DNA from: Candidatus Atelocyanobacterium thalassa isolate ALOHA
GTDB lineage: Bacteria; Cyanobacteriota; Cyanobacteriia; Cyanobacteriales; Microcystaceae
Assembly: GCF_000025125.1 (NCBI RefSeq)
Contig: NC_013771.1
Coordinates: 120,001 to 152,000, forward strand
DNA length: 32,000 nt
Direction: 5' to 3'
The notes under the pieces were generated by a model that was given only the letters and a program-made list of their open reading frames with translations, searched no databases and had not been told where the DNA came from. The position numbers and the translations under genes were made by a program. Below are positions 28,969-32,000 of this stretch, in pieces; the first letter of the stretch is position 1, and the number at the start of each line of letters is the position of its first letter.

Positions 28969-29872
28969 ATGTTATTAAGAGCAGTACAAGATAGCTTAGG
29001 CTTTATTCTAAATCGTATTAAATGGGAAGTGGTATCATCTTCCCTCTTCATTGAACAATTATCGATATCTTTTAAGACTTTTCCCAGTGAGATTAAAATT
29101 ACTCTCTTAATACTCACTTGGTTTATTATCTGGCTACCTATTGCTATTTTTGTAAGTAAAAAGATTGTTTGGAAACCACTTGAACCATTAAAACCTAATC
29201 AAAAAATATTACTACTGAGTTCTTTATATTTACTAGTTCCTGTCTTAATATTTTTAATATTAATTTTAGATGATAAATCTTTAGCTAATTATGGATTAGT
29301 TCTCAACTATAAATTTTTAATTGATTTTTTTCTAGGCTTATTTATAAGCTTTATTGAGTTTAATAATTTTATTTAAAATAGAAGAGAAGTTTAATTATCT
29401 AAAATGGAATTTCGAAAATAAAGCTATATTAAAGAAAATCTTATTACCTACTCTAAGTTTAGTTCTATGGATAGGATTGACAGAAGAATTGGTTTTTAGA
29501 GGATTGATACAAACAATTTTAGAAGATGATCATAATATATTAATAGCAGCTATTATTTGTAATGTAGTTTTTATGTTACTTCACTTAATTTGGGAAAGAG
29601 AAGAAACTATTCCTCAATTACCCGGACTATGGTTAATGGGTATGGTCTTAACAGAAGCAAAATGGTTCTATGGTAGCCTGGGCATGCCTTGGGGATTACA
29701 TGCAGGATGGATTCTTGGAATATCTTTATTAGAATCTGCAAAATTAATTACATATACAGACTCAGCAGGTAACTATATAGTCGGAGTTAAGCAAAAACCT
29801 TTAGCAGGTATTATGGGAATTTTATCTTTGTTGATTACTGCAATAATTTTATGGTGTCTCACCATGTTTTAA
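28969..29872 (+). pseudogene. CPBP-family (CAAX protease/Abi) intramembrane metalloprotease gene split by a +1 frameshift near 29345-29350. It is either a pseudogene or an assembly indel.
   Basis: ORF 28969-29376 encodes the N-terminal TM segments. ORF 29354-29872 carries the catalytic motifs LTEELVFRGL (EExxxR), FMLLHLIWE (FxxxH) and WGLHAGW. Skipping A29347 joins …FFLGLFI to ALLSLIILFKIEEKF… as one continuous TM helix of about 300 aa total. Confidence 0.6.
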
Positions 29873-29897
29873 GATAAATCATAGAGGATATAAAATT

Positions 29898-30737
29898 ATG
29901 CTTATTCAATTTTATAAAAATTTTCTCAATATTGAGAAAATTACAATTCCAATTACAGGTTTACCTCATTCTCTAAACCAAGTAAAAATTATCCAATTAT
30001 CAGATTTTCATTACGATGGAATTTCTCTTTCTACTTCATTACTTATGAAAGCAATCCAACTAAGTAATGCAGAAAAACCAGATCTTATCTTGTTAACAGG
30101 AGATTATATTACTAACTCAACTAATTCTGTTAATAAATTGGCTTCACAGCTAAATTTATTAACAAGCAAAAAAGGAGTTTATGCAGTTTTAGGAAACCAT
30201 GATACTTTACATGAAAACGAGAAAAAATTCATAACACAAGCATTCAGTCATGTAGATATTAAAGTTCTTTGTAATGAAATTGCTTACCCTTTAGGAGAAT
30301 ATTTACCAATAGTAGGATTAGCAGATTATTGGTCGCAAGAATTTAATCCTGAAGCTGTTATGCAAAAATTATCTCCATCACAGCCTCGATTAGTTCTATC
30401 CCACAATCCTGATACAGCAAGTATTTTAAAAAAATGGCGTGTTGATTTACAGTTATCAGGGCATACTCATGGCGGACAGATTATCATTCCAGGTTTTGGA
30501 CCATGTTTAATGTTATTTCAAAAAATACATAAAAGAATTCCTCGTAAGTTACAAAGATATTTTCCTTTAGCTAAATATAGCTTAAGTATTGTAAAAAATT
30601 GGAAATGGGGTTTGGGATTGCATAGTATAGGTAAGAATAAACTATATGTAAATCGAGGGTTAGGAACATATTCACCAGGAAGATTTTTCTGTTCTCCAGA
30701 ACTTACTATAATTACATTAATCAATAGTATTGATTAA
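29898..30737 (+). CDS. Calcineurin-like metallophosphoesterase (YaeI-like)
   Basis: 279 aa. Motifs present: LSDFHYDG (DxH), LTGDY (GDxx), LGNHD (GNHD), SHNPD and GHTHGGQ (GHxH). Confidence 0.88.
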   Translation: MLIQFYKNFLNIEKITIPITGLPHSLNQVKIIQLSDFHYDGISLSTSLLMKAIQLSNAEKPDLILLTGDYITNSTNSVNKLASQLNLLTSKKGVYAVLGNHDTLHENEKKFITQAFSHVDIKVLCNEIAYPLGEYLPIVGLADYWSQEFNPEAVMQKLSPSQPRLVLSHNPDTASILKKWRVDLQLSGHTHGGQIIIPGFGPCLMLFQKIHKRIPRKLQRYFPLAKYSLSIVKNWKWGLGLHSIGKNKLYVNRGLGTYSPGRFFCSPELTIITLINSID

Positions 30738-30803
30738 TGTAATTATATTAAAAATCATATGTCTATATGGTAAGTTGTTATATTTAAAGTGCAATTATCT
30801 TTA

Positions 30804-32000
30804 CTAGAAAATTTTAGTAACTGAATTTGTACTAGGATCAATGATTTTTCTTCCCAAATTTTTAAATTTAATAGCTAGATTCACTTTTTTTTCTGATCCT
30901 AAAACATGTGTGACTTCACCCTCTCCAAAACTATAGTGTACTAAATGGTCACCAACTGCCCATTTAGTATTATTGTCCATAGAGTTGTTCTTTTTCCATG
31001 AAGATTTTTCAGGAATTATATTTGTATGGTTATCTATTAAATTTTGAGGAATTTCCTCCAAAAACTGTGAAACGATTTTAGTTTCTTTTGATCCCCATAC
31101 GGATCGTTCCCTAGCATAGGTTATAAATAACTTTTCTTGTGCACGAGTTATTCCTACATAGCATAAACGTCTTTCTTCTTCTAAAGACAGAGGATTATTA
31201 AGGCTACGAATATGTGGCAAAGTTCCTTGTTCCAAGCCTACTAAAAAAACAACAGGAAATTCTAACCCTTTTGCAGAATGTAATGTCATAAGAGATACTT
31301 TATTGTTTTCATTTTCTAAATTATCTAAATCAGAAGCAAGAGATGCATTAGTTAAATAGCCTTGTAAACTAGGATCATTATTTTCCTCTCGATATTGATT
31401 CATAGCATTATATAGTTCTTGAAGATTTTCTAATCTATTATCTGACTCTTCTGTTTCCTTTCTTTTTAAATCATCTATATATCCTGATTTCTGCATTACT
31501 TGATTAAAAATATCCGTAGATACTAACTCAGTTGATTTTTCTTGTAATTTTTTAATCATATGTACAAAATTAAGAACTGCTTTTGAAGATTTTCCTGTTA
31601 AAGTTTTCACAGAAGTCTCGTCAATAAGTATTTCCCATAAGGAAGTTTTTAGTTCTTGAGAGGCTTTTAATAACAAGTCAATAGTTGTTTTTCCAATACC
31701 ACGACGAGGAGAGTTGATAACTCTTAAAAGACTTACAGTATCATAGGGGTTAACAATTAAGCGTAAATATGCTACCGAATCTTTAATTTCTTGACGATCA
31801 TAAAATTTAAATCCTCCTACAATAGTATAAGGAATGCTTTTACGGACCAAAATATCTTCAAATGGTCTAGATTGAGAATTAACTCTATACAAAAAAGCAA
31901 TGTCTTTCCAACTTAATTCAGAATTTATACTTATTAGTTCCTGGATTTTACTAATGACAAACTCTGCTTCTATATGTTCGTCATCTGCTTTATAACAATA
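30804..32000 (-). CDS. pcrA: UvrD/PcrA-type ATP-dependent DNA helicase, C-terminal part. The N-terminus lies beyond the window end.
   Basis: The frame stays open upstream of the track's TTG at 31892 (…DEHIEAEFVISKIQEL…DIAFLYRVNSQSR). Helicase motifs present: IV YRVNSQSR, V TLHSAKGLEFPVVFLVG and VI EERRLCYVGITRA. A Tudor-like tail ends the protein. Confidence 0.9.
   Translation of the reverse strand, partial: YCYKADDEHIEAEFVISKIQELISINSELSWKDIAFLYRVNSQSRPFEDILVRKSIPYTIVGGFKFYDRQEIKDSVAYLRLIVNPYDTVSLLRVINSPRRGIGKTTIDLLLKASQELKTSLWEILIDETSVKTLTGKSSKAVLNFVHMIKKLQEKSTELVSTDIFNQVMQKSGYIDDLKRKETEESDNRLENLQELYNAMNQYREENNDPSLQGYLTNASLASDLDNLENENNKVSLMTLHSAKGLEFPVVFLVGLEQGTLPHIRSLNNPLSLEEERRLCYVGITRAQEKLFITYARERSVWGSKETKIVSQFLEEIPQNLIDNHTNIIPEKSSWKKNNSMDNNTKWAVGDHLVHYSFGEGEVTHVLGSEKKVNLAIKFKNLGRKIIDPSTNSVTKIF

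Noticed and set aside
28929-29117. A 62-aa minus-strand ORF overlapping the start of the CPBP gene
   Set aside because: It is antisense to the CPBP N-terminal TM region and has no supporting features.
28387-29872. The idea that the AbrB-fold protein plus the adjacent Abi/CPBP gene form a toxin-antitoxin or abortive-infection module
   Set aside because: The AbrB domain is C-terminal in a 128-aa protein with the conserved cyAbrB N-terminal half, so this is the housekeeping cyanobacterial regulator family and not a MazE/AbrB antitoxin. The genes are 195 nt apart, no toxin gene is present, and CPBP proteins are common housekeeping membrane proteases in cyanobacteria.

Overview
This window reads as core chromosome from a very AT-rich, gene-dense cyanobacterium. 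The key marker is the cyanobacterial-type atp1 operon on the minus strand (21229-27167): protein I, a, c, b', b, delta, alpha, gamma, with beta and epsilon absent, as expected for cyanobacteria. Other cyanobacterial markers are a C-terminal-AbrB regulator (cyAbrB), IctB, MenD (phylloquinone synthesis), a small PetL-like ORF and one HIP1 octamer. HypD (NiFe-hydrogenase maturation), the I/K/N-rich proteins and the tiny spacers suggest a genome-reduced, probably N2-fixing or symbiotic lineage of the Crocosphaera/Cyanothece type, such as UCYN-A or a diatom spheroid body. That placement is inference only and I cannot verify it. The remaining genes are housekeeping: ychF (partial), plsX-fabH-fabD, sufE, a PBP4-type peptidase, tsaB, a UPF0104 membrane protein, lpxA-lpxB followed by a GTPase, an orphan ABC ATPase, mraY, tlyA, dnaN, a metallophosphoesterase and pcrA/uvrD (partial). 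I found no CRISPR array, transposase, integrase, phage genes, tRNA/rRNA or recognisable defence or toxin module, and I do not claim a novel multi-gene system. Six observations merit a second look. (1) A roughly 1.2 kb ultra-AT-rich non-coding gap lies between the divergent atp operon and cyAbrB. (2) Several long perfect inverted repeats (15-17 bp arms) sit in intergenic DNA, two of them stacked just upstream of cyAbrB. (3) The PBP4 homologue keeps all three catalytic motifs but has lost the inserted domains. (4) A CPBP/Abi-family protease gene is split by a +1 frameshift. (5) The dnaN upstream spacer contains no DnaA-box core. (6) A tandem 18-nt duplication carrying TATAAT sits upstream of a small acidic protein gene.
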